A DNA stretch of 63,184 bases, counting the filler, from Squatina squatina (Eukaryota), in the NCBI GenBank assembly GCA_031763465.1. It is 4 parts of 3 records of this genome, joined end to end, with 100 filler letters (N's around TTAATTAATTAA, not from the genome) between each part and the next. Parts side by side here need not be neighbours in the genome. Positions count along the whole stretch, not along the records: positions 35,284 to 47,820 come from JARFOE010000046.1; positions 47,921 to 63,184 come from JARFOE010000115.1; 2 more parts are not named here. One strand, given 5' to 3'. Position 1 is the stretch's first letter, and each line of letters opens with the position of its first letter. The notes beneath the pieces were generated by a model, which did not search any database, had not been told where the DNA came from, and was given only the letters and a program-made list of their open reading frames with translations. Made by a program: the position numbers and the translations under genes. Below, one piece after another: positions 38,363-51,399 of this stretch.

Positions 38363-39318
38363 CTTTTCTTTGAAGAAAGTGATGCTGTATCAGGTTGGGT
38401 CAACACCAGTGGGGGCTGTGGGACTGGCCTCATTCTCAATGACCCCATGGCTGAAGTAGAAAAGGACTGGCTTCGAATCCTCTCGGGCGGAGCCGCCACT
38501 GTAGTGTAAAGCTCATTACAAACCATTTCCCCTGAAAATGTCATATCGAACAAAGGCATCAGGGGAAGGGAGCGTGAGGAAATGTGCGAGAGAGGCTGCA
38601 TGTCCTGCAAGCTTTCATCAGTCTTGGAGACAGAAGGTAGGGACCGAGTTCCAAACTGGTCAGAATCAGAGCTGGCAAGTGCACTCGATATAACAAAGTT
38701 GGCAGGCGGTCTCCCCCGATTGATTCGTGGTGGAACAGGAGGGACCAGCTCCTCAGATGGATTCCTAACTGTACATTCCTCACTTGACATGTGTTCCTTC
38801 TCAATCAAATCAGGCTTATCTGTATCTGTTTCACCAGGAGTAAAACCTTCCAGTGTCACAATGTGATTGGGACTATGTGTTGATACTGGTACAGTTTCTG
38901 CCTGAGGTTTAGGGGTTGAAGACTGTTTGTTCAGCAATGTCCGTGGCCTGGGAACAGGTTTTATCACTGGTTCCCCTGGTTCAATGGCCTCAATCCCACC
39001 AACATTTAAATGATCTTTCCCGTTGCCAACAGTTCTTGACCTCTCCAACATTCTCTCTCTGTCACCAGCAGACTCGACACAGGTAGTGTTCAAAAGCTCA
39101 TCACTTGACGTCAAGCTCTTCTGCTGTGCAAGTTTTAAGATCCGTTTCCGATGTCCGGTGGCTGTGATGCCAATCTGAAGAAGAGCTTCATTGTTAAGAT
39201 GTACAGAGTCCATGGATGTGTAAAATCCATTCTGGATGAAATTTTCTCTGTATTTTTCCAAATGGATGGTGGCCAGCCAGTCTCCAATGTCACACGTCTT
39301 TTCGCTTAGCGATGCCAT
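38363..39318 (-). CDS. ARAP3: ARAP3 first coding exon (SAM domain and proline-rich linker)
   Basis: ACCATGG Kozak; DIGDWLATIHLEKY...LQIGITATGHRKRILKL is an ARAP3-type SAM domain; PVPRPRT and PPVPPR motifs; AG|GTAAAT donor at 38362; acceptor ttttcAG puts the exon start at 39395. Confidence 0.88.
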
Positions 39319-41685
39319 GGTAACTCACCTTTTTCTGCCTGCTCTCATTTGACAGACAGTGAAGCAAGTCCATCAGTAAAAACAAACTCCAACATCTGAA
39401 AAAGAAATCAAACAATCAGGCTGGAATTCAGACCGATACAGCTCTATATATGCAAGCTTTCAATTCTTCTTTCAACACTATTGTTACTTGAACCAGCTTG
39501 TAATTCTGAAAAAAAAGTATTCATCAAACCAAAACTGAACCATTTTAGCTGAAATATATGTTGATTTAATGGTGTTAACTCCACATCAATCGTTTGTCTT
39601 AATTTGAGATAGCTAGGCAAAGGGGCAAAGGTCAAAGTGCAGACAAAATCAAGGTTGGAAAAAGTAGNNNNNNNNNNNNNNNNNNNNNNNNNNNNNNNNN
39701 NNNNNNNNNNNNNNNNNNNNNNNNNNNNNNNNNNNNNNNNNNNNNNNNNNNNNNNNNNNNNNNNNNNCCAGTAAGACTGCAGCAGGGCTGAGGTGGCATG
39801 TTGACCCACTGCTATCTGTGGCTTCTAATCAAGCCGTGAGGGCAAATGCCAATCCTGGCCACCAGGAGCTGCCATTTTGTTTTGCTACTGGCGAGCCGAG
39901 CTCTTACAGAGCAGTCATGTGATTTCACAATGTGCCCGCACACCAAGGAAGCTTCATGGCCAGAGGTTTAAAGTTGCAAATGCAACTTCTGAGCAAATGT
40001 GCTCTCAGTTGTACCTGGGCTTACCTCAGTGGTAATGCACTGGAGTGCTGTAGAATACAAGGTGTATGTGCTGAACTGACGGTGATCCATTCCCAATTGT
40101 ATTGTACACAGATCTGAAGTATGGGGACACAAACAACCACTGTTTTTGTGCTGTTCTTTACTGTAATGTTCCTTCACCAATCACACATTATTATACAGCA
40201 CACAGTATGTGCTAAAGGTGCGGGCAATAAAGATGAATAATAGATAGATCTGTCACATGTTAAGAGCAGGAATAAAAACTGCCTTTGAGGGTTCATTTCG
40301 TTTGCATTAAAATTCAAAGAAGTTTCCAGCAGTGTGTCAGCTGTGGCTGACCTCAATTGTCACTGAGCTGGGCAGATTGGATTTCAGTATCACTGAGTGG
40401 ACACAATATTAATGAAACCCTAGAACAAGGCATGGTGTTGTGCCATAACAAGAGAATATATCATTGATGAGGATTCTATATAACTCAATGTGACTTAGCA
40501 GCTTCCACGAATGGAAAGGTCTGCGACATCTCTCTTCTGCAGTCAATAGGCCCTGAAATCATTCATTAATGAGCCAACGTCACTGCAAATAAAGCTAATT
40601 AATAATGAAGTTCTATNNNNNNNNNNNNNNNNNNNNNNNNNNNNNNNNNNNNNNNNNNNNNNNNNNNNNNNNNNNNNNNNNNNNNNNNNNNNNNNNNNNN
40701 NNNNNNNNNNNNNNNNTCGAAGTATGGCCTAACCAAGAAGGTTCCATTTAAGTTTAACATAACTTCTCTGCATATGAATTCTGTTTATCTGGAAGTGAAC
40801 CCCGATGCTTTCTTTGCACTTTTTATGGCCTTGTTAACCTATGTTGCTACTTTTACATGATACAATGATAATGGAGTAGTTGATTAATCATAGCATGTCC
40901 TTTAGAATCGTAAAACTAAGAATCATATCACCTATCAGTCTCCTTTTTTGCAGTGACAATATGTGCAGCTTACATAATCACTCCTCATAATTCCTTCAAT
41001 CTTTCTGGTTCGTCTCCACTGCAATATCCTTTTTGTACTGCAGTATACCAAAACTGTACACAGTTGGTCACACCAAAGATTTATAGTGAGGTGATCCTGG
41101 CACTTTATTTCAGCTAAAAATTTACCTTTTAATACATCAACATTTTGCCCTCATTTCCCACCCCCGTCAATCTCCCAATGTTGTGGGCAGCTGCCAAGGG
41201 CATGAACTGCGCCCCAACCTTGGAAAATCCCCCAGGGTCAGTGGTGGAGGATCCTCACAGGTGTGATCCCAGTGATTGTCAGAGGCATATTGTATGAAAA
41301 TTTACCAAGTAATATTCAAATACAATTAAAGTATTTCATCACAAAGCTGAAACAGTCTACCTGCATTGTAAGCAGTATTTACTGGTGAAGATGCGATGGT
41401 AGTGTACAACTCATTAAAGGCTTCCTTTTCAGTCAATGCTCTTGATTTCACTGCAAAAATAATTTAAAATGAAGAAGAAATAGATTTGTTAATTTAGGAA
41501 TTCCAAAAGTGGAAACTACTTGGATATTTAGTCAAAATTTGTCTAAAGCTATTGTACATACAAAAAGTGTAATGTCATAAGATCAATTAATTTAACAAAG
41601 TGTGGAAACATAAAAAGGGACAGATTTCCCATGCTGAATATTTATAGCAAAATTGCAAACACAGCAATAAAGAAAGACATTAAAA

Positions 41686-42077
41686 GAAAAGACTTGGATT
41701 TATATAGCACTTTTCACAACTTCAAAAAGCCAATGAAGTGCTTTCTGAAATGTAGGAAATGCAGCAGCCAATATGTGCACAGCAAAGTCAGCAGTGTGGT
41801 AATGATCAGCATTTAGGTGTTGGTTGAGGAATAAATATTGACAAGGACATACTCCCTTGCCCTTCTTTGGAATAGTGCCATGTGAATTTTTTACATCCAC
41901 CTGATAAGGCAGACAGAGCCTTGGTTAAACATTACATGATACCTCCGACAGTGCAGCACTCCTTCAGTTCTGCACTGGAGTATCAGCCTAGATTTTATGC
42001 TCAGGTCCCCAGAGTGTGACTTGAACCCACAACTTTCTGACTCAGAAGCATGAGTGATACCACTGAGCCACAGCTGA
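41686..42077 (-). mobile_element. Near full-length tRNA-headed Deu-domain SINE (SacSINE1/AmnSINE1-like)
   Basis: On the minus strand: box A TGGCTCAGTGGT (42059-42070), box B GGTTCAAGT (about 42018-42027), Deu-like core, and a GCTATATAAATCCAAGTCTTT tail. Confidence 0.8.
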
Positions 42078-42189
42078 TTGCAGCTTCACTACAACTTGCG
42101 AACAACAGAAATCTTCTACATACAAAAGCAATTCACTGGTTGACATCATAATTTGCCAAAAAGTAGTGACAAAACTTTGTGTTTACTAC

Positions 42190-42289
42190 CTTCCTTTCTC
42201 AGATTAGCCAAACCTTCGTCCATTGCCTTCATCTGTAATGTGCTCCGATTTGCTAATTTTTGCTGGTCGATGGTGCGTTCCAATTTGTT
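42190..42289 (-). CDS. Candidate internal exon of an unidentified coiled-coil protein
   Basis: Strong acceptor cttactttttttaAG, donor AAG|GTAGTA; 100 bp with exactly one open frame: NKLERTIDQQKLANRSTLQMKAMDEGLANLRKE. Confidence 0.5.
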
Positions 42290-45200
42290 CTTAAAAAAAG
42301 TAAGAGAATATTTAGAAAAAAAGCCAGATTGTCATTTATTCTGTTTATACTAAAAAAGAACATCAAAGGGACTCTCATACACATGATTTCTATCTTTCAA
42401 GCTGTCAAATTATCCCACAAAAAGTACTATCCAGCCATCTGTACAAGTCTGCATACTTAAGTCCAGAACTAAAACGAGCAATTTCTATGCATTTTAAACT
42501 CATGGTTACCTTTTCAANNNNNNNNNNNNNNNNNNNNNNNNNNNNNNNNNNNNNNNNNNNNNNNNNNNNNNNNNNNNNNNNNNNNNNNNNNNNNNNNNNN
42601 NNNNNNNNNNNNNNNNNCATCTCCAAATTCGTTCCTTTCATCTTTTTCTAGATCAGTAATGTGTTCTGACACATAATTAGGCACGGCCTGTAAAAGCTAT
42701 TCATTAAGTAGAACACAACTGATTAATCCTGGGAACTTCTACAGTTTTGAGTCTACTGTTGAATCCCCATGTCACCATAGTTGTTCCTCTTAAAGCAAAA
42801 CTGACCCTGCTGACATTATCAGAATATATAACCATCCATAGTGGATTCCACCTTCAAACAATTGTTTTATTAACATTTCTGGTTGTTTTACATGCAGGTA
42901 ATACAGGTGGAACAGAGGTTAAGATGGATGCAGATTACTAAACTAAAATAGTATGTGCTAAACCCTGAATTCTGGGTTTCAACTTGATTGGTTCTAAACC
43001 CAGAGCTACCAGAGAGGGAATCACAAAAGCTGCTTAGTACGGTAAATTAAAGAGTTTATAATATAATCTACTGAACCAACTTTTTTCCATTAACGTTGTA
43101 AAAAGGAATTGATGAAAATTCTGAAGAGATTATAGAAATTTGGATAGAAGTTCATTAAACTCAATTATTAAATCAAAGCATTAGAATTACTGTCCAAATA
43201 GGTACTCATTAAATTCTGAATTTGCCGTGCCTATTTCCACTCCGAAAGGCTTCACAATAATCACCCTACTCTCTAATGAGCTTTTCCTGGCTTTGTTCTA
43301 TAGCCTAGTAATGAGATTGTTGAGCCCAATTCCTGCAATTACGGAGAACTAAGGGATACTTTACATAGACACTTCACTTTACATGTTGCTTTGAATTAAC
43401 TTGTTCAACAATACTCTCTCCACATGGCTGCAAAGGGATTGTTTTCTTTTATTCACACTCTCTTATTTTCACTCTATATTCATTCTCAGAGATCTCCTTT
43501 ACTGTCTTATTTCCTTTCTCACTTATCAATAATTTTAGGACATTTAATAGCTCTGAGGAATTGTACATCAGTCTGAGTTGGATTCGAAGCCAAAGGCCTA
43601 GAGAAGCAAGAGCAATATTCAAACCCACTGCACCAACCAGTCAATTCCAATGATGGGGGGAGGTCGGGGAGGAGGCCTACGGAATGGAAGTGTTCAGCTT
43701 TGCATTGAGTGAATTGGCAGCATTTATCTGTTTTTTGATTTGTTCTTGTATGCTGGGGTGACATTCCTGTTCATCTCAGAGAAATCTAAAAATGGTGCGG
43801 TGCCACAATAAAAAAAAACAAAATCGATAGGTAAAACAGTCTTTGAAAATGAAGACTGCATTGTGATTGCACTGATGGAATGACTATTTCATTGGGACTG
43901 GGGAGGGGAAGGTTAATACAGAATCTTGTTATGAGCCTAATTAGTTTACTTTCTTTAACAAGAAGCTATGAAATTCTAGAACCCGAGTGGCCAAAAGCCG
44001 GGAAAGCAATATTCAGACACAATTTTACTTGAAGACTAATGTGCCATCATCTGTTAAACTGGAAAGTAAGTATAATCAGGTAGAGCTCTACTTTGTGGCC
44101 CAATAAAATCACTCCTTATGGATGGTTCTGGGAGATAATTTGTTATCAACGCTGTGTCCTGGGTCTTGTTTCTTCCTGCTAATTGTCTTTCTTTTGACTG
44201 ATAACCCTCCTGTAGGCATCAATTATTTTGCGCTCCTACATCAATGGCTTAGAACAAGAGAACAATTACTGACATTAATCACCGCCCTTTTTCCTAGGAG
44301 GCNNNNNNNNNNNNNNNNNNNNNNNNNNNNNNNNNNNNNNNNNNNNNNNNNNNNNNNNNNNNNNNNNNNNNNNNNNNNNNNNNNNNNNNNNNNNNNNNNN
44401 NNATCATTTAAATTGGGTCCCCTGCTGCTGTCTGCCGGGTCTGCCAGCACTGAGCAGACCGAACATTGGAAAAGACAAGTGTACGTAATGCACATTTAAC
44501 TGCCGACCCGCCACTGATCCCATCCGCTGAGCACAGGCAAAATTCTGGCCATAGATATAGATTCCAATCGAACAAAACTTGTCCCCAACATGAGTATGCA
44601 TAAATTGTGAAAACTTAGAAATGAGGGTCTTTTATCATTTTTTTCGTTTCTAGAAATAAACCAAGAGGTAGCAGGGGGAAATTTGCACTTCCCTAAAATG
44701 TTAAAATTAAGGGTAGCAGCCTTGATTTTAACATTTTAGGGAAGTCTAAGTTTGCAAAATGTACCGATTTATAATGAATAACCCAGCTGCTGTTTTTTTC
44801 TATCTTCAGTGATAATTGTATTATCTTTTATTAATGGCCCAGCAAGAAACAAGGACTATGCAGCACAAGTGTAATGGTAGAGGGAATTAGAAATAAATCT
44901 GTCTTGATGGGTTGTAAAGTATCTATTATCATCTCCAGGGCCAACTCGGCATGTGACTGGGAGGAGATAAAGCGTTGTATAATATTGAAAGCAAAGAAAT
45001 CGTAACNNNNNNNNNNNNNNNNNNNNNNNNNNNNNNNNNNNNNNNNNNNNNNNNNNNNNNNNNNNNNNNNNNNNNNNNNNNNNNNNNNNNNNNNNNNNNN
45101 NNNNNNTGCCTTAAACTTGCTGGCAAACATTTATTACTGATTTTACTTTTTCAAAAAAGATTTTTTTTTCTTGAAACTTCTGCTGCTTGGAGTTCTATAC

Positions 45201-45714
45201 GTGAGGAGCATTGCGACTGAACGCAAAAGGGTAGTAAAAAAAAAAGTACAGATGCAGCTATCATTGGAGTAACAAGGCATTAAAGTATCAAGTAAAGAAA
45301 GGTCTTTGGCTTTCAAAATGTTAAGCAACTGAATTCAGATTTGTAAGATCTCCATCAGTACAATGCAATGTAAACCTGCTACCACATGATCAAAGGCAAC
45401 CACCAGATTCACATTAACTTAATTCAAATCCAATCGATCTTAATTCACTCTGCCTGTCTGTGCTAATAGGTTTAACATGAAAAATGAATGCTCGATTCAA
45501 AAGACCATTCAGAGTGTGTATGTTGAGTTGCAACATTTAATGGATTATACGTGCATCATATGTTCATTTTATTACTTTGAATATAACTTCCATTATTTCT
45601 ATAATTCCACATTANNNNNNNNNNNNNNNNNNNNNNNNNNNNNNNNNNNNNNNNNNNNNNNNNNNNNNNNNNNNNNNNNNNNNNNNNNNNNNNNNNNNNN
45701 NNNNNNNNNNNNNN

Positions 45715-46503
45715 TGTCCGACCTCTCGGAGGATGATGCAGGGCTGTGGCATGTGCCACCAGGGACGTAGTAAAGGGGTTGCTGGGCATGCTGATGATGA
45801 CCAGCTGGTGCTGCCTGTTGCCTGGCATCATCTTGGTATGCCATTATCTCTCTCGCATCCAAAAGGAGGCAACCCCTCTGCCTCATGTGGTGTCGGTGGA
45901 GATCCCACTCCACCAAGTGTGATGCCCCCCATGGCCAAATAGTCACATTGATCACGAAGCGGCCGGGTCAGGCAAAGGTAAATATCAATGTGACTCGTCT
46001 CTCTGCTCCAAAAGGACGCCATCCCTACACCTCCGTCCCCACTCCAACGTGACCGAATAGTCAAATTTTTAAAAGTGGGCAGGAAAAAAACACTTTTTAT
46101 GGTAAGTTAACCACTTTTACACTTTCAAACAATGCCTACAACCCCATTAAGCCAAAAAAATCGCGATTGAAAAAAAAACATTTTAACGCTGATTTTCTTA
46201 AAAAATAAAACTTAACCATCACTCCCCACCAGGTGACAGCGCCCAAAAAACGAGCGCTGTCACCACTGAACTTACCGCTCACCAACGCGGATGAATTGTT
46301 GGGTGGGCGGCCATCTTGGGCGCTGCGTCCAATGATGACGTTACACCCGTCGTCTTGCGCCTATGCTCCTTTAGTGCCCGGGATTGGAGGATTCTAAAAA
46401 GTCAGCAACTACTTAACTGCTTAAGGCAGAAAATGGGCGTCAGACCGCTAATGCCCGTTTTGCGCTACTTTAGCACGGGCATTGACGGACTAATTGGCTG
46501 CCC
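45715..46503. mobile_element. Harbinger-like element terminal fragment
   Basis: GC-rich, CpG-retaining block with an AT-rich spacer, ending in AATTGGCTGCCC; same architecture as the other MITEs. Confidence 0.45.
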
Positions 46504-46799
46504 TCAATGTATTAGTCAAAGGGACAGAAAACAAGGTGGTGGTAGCCATATATGTGAAGGATTACTGGAAGGTAAATAACGTTGAGCCTGAGAGAGGGGG
46601 CAAGCTATAAAAAGAAGTAGTCCGGATAGAAATCTTTCACGTGAAAGATGATGACACCACCCCACAGCACCACGTCTCATCACTCTGTAGTGTCGTGTGT
46701 CGTGACATTTCCAGAGCAGTTCTCATTAAAGATATTGGTTAAGGTTATGACCCTGAATGAAAATTTAGTGAAAACCTCTAATGTAGAAGTACTGCTAGG

Positions 46800-47090
46800 C
46801 CAGCTCCTCTGATGGCTTCGTGGGTAAATGCACCATCTGATATCACCCATACAGACCAGAGATTCAGGGTTCGATCCATGTTTCATTGGCTGGCTTGAGC
46901 TGTAGCAGTAATCGGTTGACTACATTTGGCCTGTGAGGGTTAGGAAGGAGGAAAGTCAGCCGGGATTTTTGCTTTCGATTACTATTGTAGCAACCCTTGC
47001 ATGCGATTATTGATCAGGCTCGGAACACCCTCCATAGTCCAACAGCTGACCCGCAATTCTCATAGAGAGTGGACCCTTGGGTTAGAACAG
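46800..47090 (+). mobile_element. tRNA-derived SINE
   Basis: Box A-like TGGCTTCGTGGGT and box B GGTTCGATCC, followed by the body shared with 8920-9205. Confidence 0.6.
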
Positions 47091-47820
47091 CAGGTAGAAC
47101 ATGGAATTCTATTTTCATAGCTGTCTGCAGAAAGGCGTCTCCAGTTCTGAGATAGTTGCTCACAACACACGGTAAAGATGAAATCAGTAGAGGGATTTGT
47201 CTTCCCTTTGAAATTAATCTCCCGGTTCTAACATTGGCTTTGTTTCATGTACAAATAGCCAGTCAAATTGAGCTGAGAATCAACACCATTTGATATATTC
47301 ACTTCACATCAAGCTTTTCAGTCTCAAATTATACTGCTACAGTTTAATACCACTGGGAACGGGAAAGAAAAGTTCTCTGCTATAAAATGAAGATTGATGC
47401 ACAGTACCCAGGACTCAGAGATTTGCCATGCATTTCATGAATAGGTAAATGTATTTACTAAACAAAAGTAGAATTACTTCTGTTATCTTTTGATTTATTG
47501 TCATTGGCAACGCATATAACTCATGATGTCCCAGAAGGTAAGGCTTCAATTTTTTTGACTATCTTTAGAATGTTTTTTCTCTTCAACTGATAGCTTGCTT
47601 TTGTAAATGCACCACCTTGGTGCGGCACTGAGTCAGTCAGGCCTGGTAGCTCCTAGTTTTGTTCCCGTATCTGTACTCCGTTAGCTCATCTCTGCTTGGG
47701 TGGCAGCAAGGGTGCAGCAATTCACCTCAATACACTACAGCAAGGGAGGAGATATATCAACAAGGGTTCTGAATCCTGGCTGCTAGCCAATAGCTCCTGC
47801 TGGAAGGTGGACATAGTGTG

Positions 47821-47920
47821 NNNNNNNNNNNNNNNNNNNNNNNNNNNNNNNNNNNNNNNNNNNNTTAATTAATTAANNNNNNNNNNNNNNNNNNNNNNNN
47901 NNNNNNNNNNNNNNNNNNNN
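47821..47920. other. Artificial concatenation spacer
   Basis: TTAATTAATTAA at 47865-47876 inside an N run. Confidence 0.97.
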
Positions 47921-48115
47921 AAAGTTGAGAGAAAAGCAACGATGCACATCAACTAAATTGTTAATGCTACAACAGTGATTGGTTGTATGCTGTATACTTA
48001 GCAAAGGTAATATCCATTTGAGCTGTTTAAGTGGAATTGCAGAACTAAGCTTGAAAATAAATAATAGATATGCATATGTTAACTACATAATAAGATTTTG
48101 CTGTTCATTTAACAG

Positions 48116-49213
48116 ATTCAAGGGAATGCTTTCAATGCCCTGAAGATTACTGGTCCAATGTGAAGAGAGATGAATGTGTACATAAAGTGGTTGAATACCT
48201 TGGTTACAACGATGCCTTGGGAATGACATTAATAGCACTATCGATATTTGGGGCTTGCATTGCTACAGCCATTGCTGTAGTTTACATGATTCGCAGGAAT
48301 ACTGCCCTTGTAAAAGCTAATGATTGTGGACTGAGCTTGGTGCTGCTATTTTCACTAGCTATATGCTTTCTCAGCTCAATCGTCTTTGTTGGCCAGCCAG
48401 TAGCATGGTCTTGTATGACACGACAGGTTCTTCTTGCGATTAGCTTTGCTACTTGTCTTTCTTGTATGTTATCAAAGGCTGTTAATTTGATGCTCAAAGC
48501 CAAAGCAGAAAAATCATCTGAAGGCACAGAGAATAAGCGATTAGGCCCCTTTCGGCAAAAAATTATTGCATTGATTTTGATATCCCTTGCAAGTTTCTTT
48601 TCNNNNNNNNNNNNNNNNNNNNNNNNNNNNNNNNNNNNNNNNNNNNNNNNNNNNNNNNNNNNNNNNNNNNNNNNNNNNNNNNNNNNNNNNNNNNNNNNNN
48701 NNTCTTTGTACAGCTTGGTTACTAATTTTCCCCCCTTACCCTATCAAGAATACACGGTCTCAAAATATCAAAATAATTATGGAATGCAATGAAGGCTCTG
48801 TCGTATTTCTGTGTTGCGTGTTAGGATACGATGCATTGCTGGCTGGTATTTGCTTTGTTTTTGCTTTCATCGCTCGGAAATTACCTGATCACTTTAATGA
48901 AGCTAAGTTTATGACCTTTGGCCTGCTTGTCTTTTTTATTGTTTGGATTTCTTTTGTCCCGGCCTACTTAAGCACTCGGGGGAAATACATGGTAGCTGTT
49001 GAAATGTTTGCTATTTTGGCATCCAGTTTTGGCTTGCTTGCTTGTCTTTTTATGCCTAAATGTTATATCATATTATTGAAACCAGAGAGGAACACAGAGG
49101 AATTAGTTAAGGACAAAACTGAAACAAATGACAAGAGTGCACCAGCAACCTCACAGTCACTGACTTGCTCAGCAATAAGCACTGCCTGTTCAACAGTTAC
49201 ACTTAATGAATAA
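48116..49213 (+). CDS. Class C GPCR, vomeronasal type-2 receptor (V2R1/OlfCc1-type), last exon encoding the 7TM domain; contains a gap and an apparent frameshift
   Basis: aacAG acceptor; [19 protein letters not shown] cysteine-rich end; [22 protein letters not shown] and [13 protein letters not shown] motifs. The Ser/Thr-rich tail [11 protein letters not shown]...STVTLNE resembles Vmn2r1/OlfCc1 tails as I recall them. Confidence 0.9.
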
Positions 49214-49443
49214 ATTTGCTTACAAACAGGAACTGTATGTGATGTTAGGACTGTTTTTGCTGCTTGAATATGCATTATTATAGTCCTCAAGCATTTAAGG
49301 AAGCTATAGATTGTATATCATACATATAACATGCCAATGGATTNNNNNNNNNNNNNNNNNNNNNNNNNNNNNNNNNNNNNNNNNNNNNNNNNNNNNNNNN
49401 NNNNNNNNNNNNNNNNNNNNNNNNNNNNNNNNNNNNNNNNNNN

Positions 49444-50582
49444 GGGTTTCACAGCAGTCCAGTAATCTGGCCTCCAACAGATTATTAGGATTGCTGAAGT
49501 GCCGCCCTGGGGGAGTGCTAGCGGCTCCGTGGAGCACGAACCTGATGTGTTCCCCATGGCAGCATTCATACTTCCAGCACTACCACTCTGCCAGTGCCCT
49601 TACTGTTGCTTGTCAGCCAGCCAGTCCAGACTGCTGCTGCCCATGCCGAGGTGGTCCAGTCCACAGCCGAGTCTTCGAGGCCAGAGCTGCTGGAGGTCGT
49701 CCTCCAAGGTCATCTGCAGTCTCGTCCCCTGAATGTCAGCAGCCTTGCATCAGCCATAACGCAGCCACTAGGGTAGCACTTCATAGGAGCACTAGGACAG
49801 GAAAAGAGACATGGAAGGCAGGCACTGAGGGATTGCACAAAGGTGACTTTGTTAAATAGCATTGGAATAAATTATTTATAAGTTAATGTTTGTAGTGTGG
49901 TGGCTTTCATTTCAGCATTATGACCAAGAGGACGCTGTTATGTTCCATGACAGAGGGATACTAAGATGGGGAAGTGTTGAGCAACGGGGATTTGGGGTTT
50001 CACTCAGGGGAAGCAGAGTCTGATGATGCGCTCATGGACAGCCCATCCGAAACGTGAATTTGTAGGCTGTCTCCTCCCTTCCTACTCCTCCTCTTCGCTT
50101 CCACCTCCTCTTCCTCCTCCTCCTCCTGAGGTGGTCATCGAACCCGTGGTGACAACAGCTGCACCCTCATGATGGCCAGGTTGCGGAGGATGCAGCAGAC
50201 AACCACAAATTGGGACATCTGCTCCAACGAGTAGTGGCGGGTTCCTCCCGAGCGGTCAAGGCAGCGGAGCAGTTGCTTCAGCACCCCGATGGTTGGCTCA
50301 ATGACGTTGCTCATGGCTGCATGGCTGTCACTGTAAGAGCTTTGGCCACTCACATTAAGTGAGTGGTAGCCTTTGCGGTTATGGCACATATTGATGTGCG
50401 GCGCCCGCAAAGTCATGTGTGTGCAGTTGATGGCGCACTGCACCATGGGGAAGCTCGGTATCCTGGCAAAACCATGTGTGTGTTCCCCCTGCGTCTCTCT
50501 GTTTAGACTGAAGACAATGAAGTCCTTTCTCCGTGACCTCCCAGATGCAGCGATGGACGGCGAATTGGAAGATGTTTGGTAT
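49444..50582 (-). mobile_element. Degenerate Harbinger transposon (transposase remnant on minus strand, 50000-50582)
   Basis: GFARIPSFPMVQCAINCTHMTLRAP..NRKGYHSLNV...IEPTIGVLKQLLRCLDRSGGT..Y..EQMSQFVVVCCILRNLAI followed by an acidic tail; catalytic Asp changed to Asn and a large internal deletion. Confidence 0.85.
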
Positions 50583-51399
50583 NNNNNNNNNNNNNNNNNN
50601 NNNNNNNNNNNNNNNNNNNNNNNNNNNNNNNNNNNNNNNNNNNNNNNNNNNNNNNNNNNNNNNNNNNNNNNNNNNNNNNNNNAGTCTGGTGTTGTATTAT
50701 AATTTAAATACAGAGTTAACTGTTCATGAAGCTGTGTCGACTCCATTATTCCAAGAGGAACCCAACCAACACACAGGCATAAAACCTAATTTGGCTCAAT
50801 TAAAAGGACCGATTTAAATCTTGGGTCTCCCCAAGATCTGAAGGACTGAATGAGGCAATCCATTATTTTGCTTCTGTGTAGAAGATAAGATGATTGCTAA
50901 CTTAATCACCACAAACAGAATGACTTTTCTTGGGAATTATATGACCATAACTATGCTCACATTCGCATATCTCAGTTCAGAATTAGAATATCACAGCTTT
51001 ACTTGAATTCAACTTAATATCAGCAATATTTAGCTTTGAGGCTGCAGAACGTGCTTAGCAAAGTAAGGCCTTTTCACCATTTATTGAGAAGAAACTAGGA
51101 GCAATCGTGTTATCCTATTTAAGTCTTGAACAATGTTAATTTATGACTTCTTTGACCTGGTAGCAGTTTGACTGCTATGTGGAAAGAGTTCTGTCTTTCT
51201 CAGCCATATATTGATTTCAGCCTCTGTGTTGGGCCTTTAGCAAGATAGCTGTCGTCCTCTTCCTTCCTCATACCTCTTCCTCTTCTACAATCAGCTAACA
51301 TCTTGCACCACTTCTACAGTCGTAACACAGTTCTTTAATCTGCCACAACAGCTGAGTTTGAATGCAATGCTAGGATGTACAATCTTTCTTTTCTCCTTC

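Noticed and set aside
38559-38866. Alternative-frame and antisense ORFs over the ARAP3 exon
   Set aside because: Shadows of the real coding exon.
38363-39318. ARAP2 or ARAP1 instead of ARAP3
   Set aside because: TGHRKRIL in the SAM domain and GDLIMEVY...TLKVSPT..EELTNQVL in the RA region fit ARAP3 better.
42010-42077. tRNA gene
   Set aside because: Box A and B are the head of a SINE that continues into a Deu-like body and tail.
48116-49213. Calcium-sensing receptor or GPRC6A
   Set aside because: Short Ser/Thr-rich tail and KCNAB1 linkage fit a V2R1/OlfCc1-type receptor; CaSR has a much longer tail.
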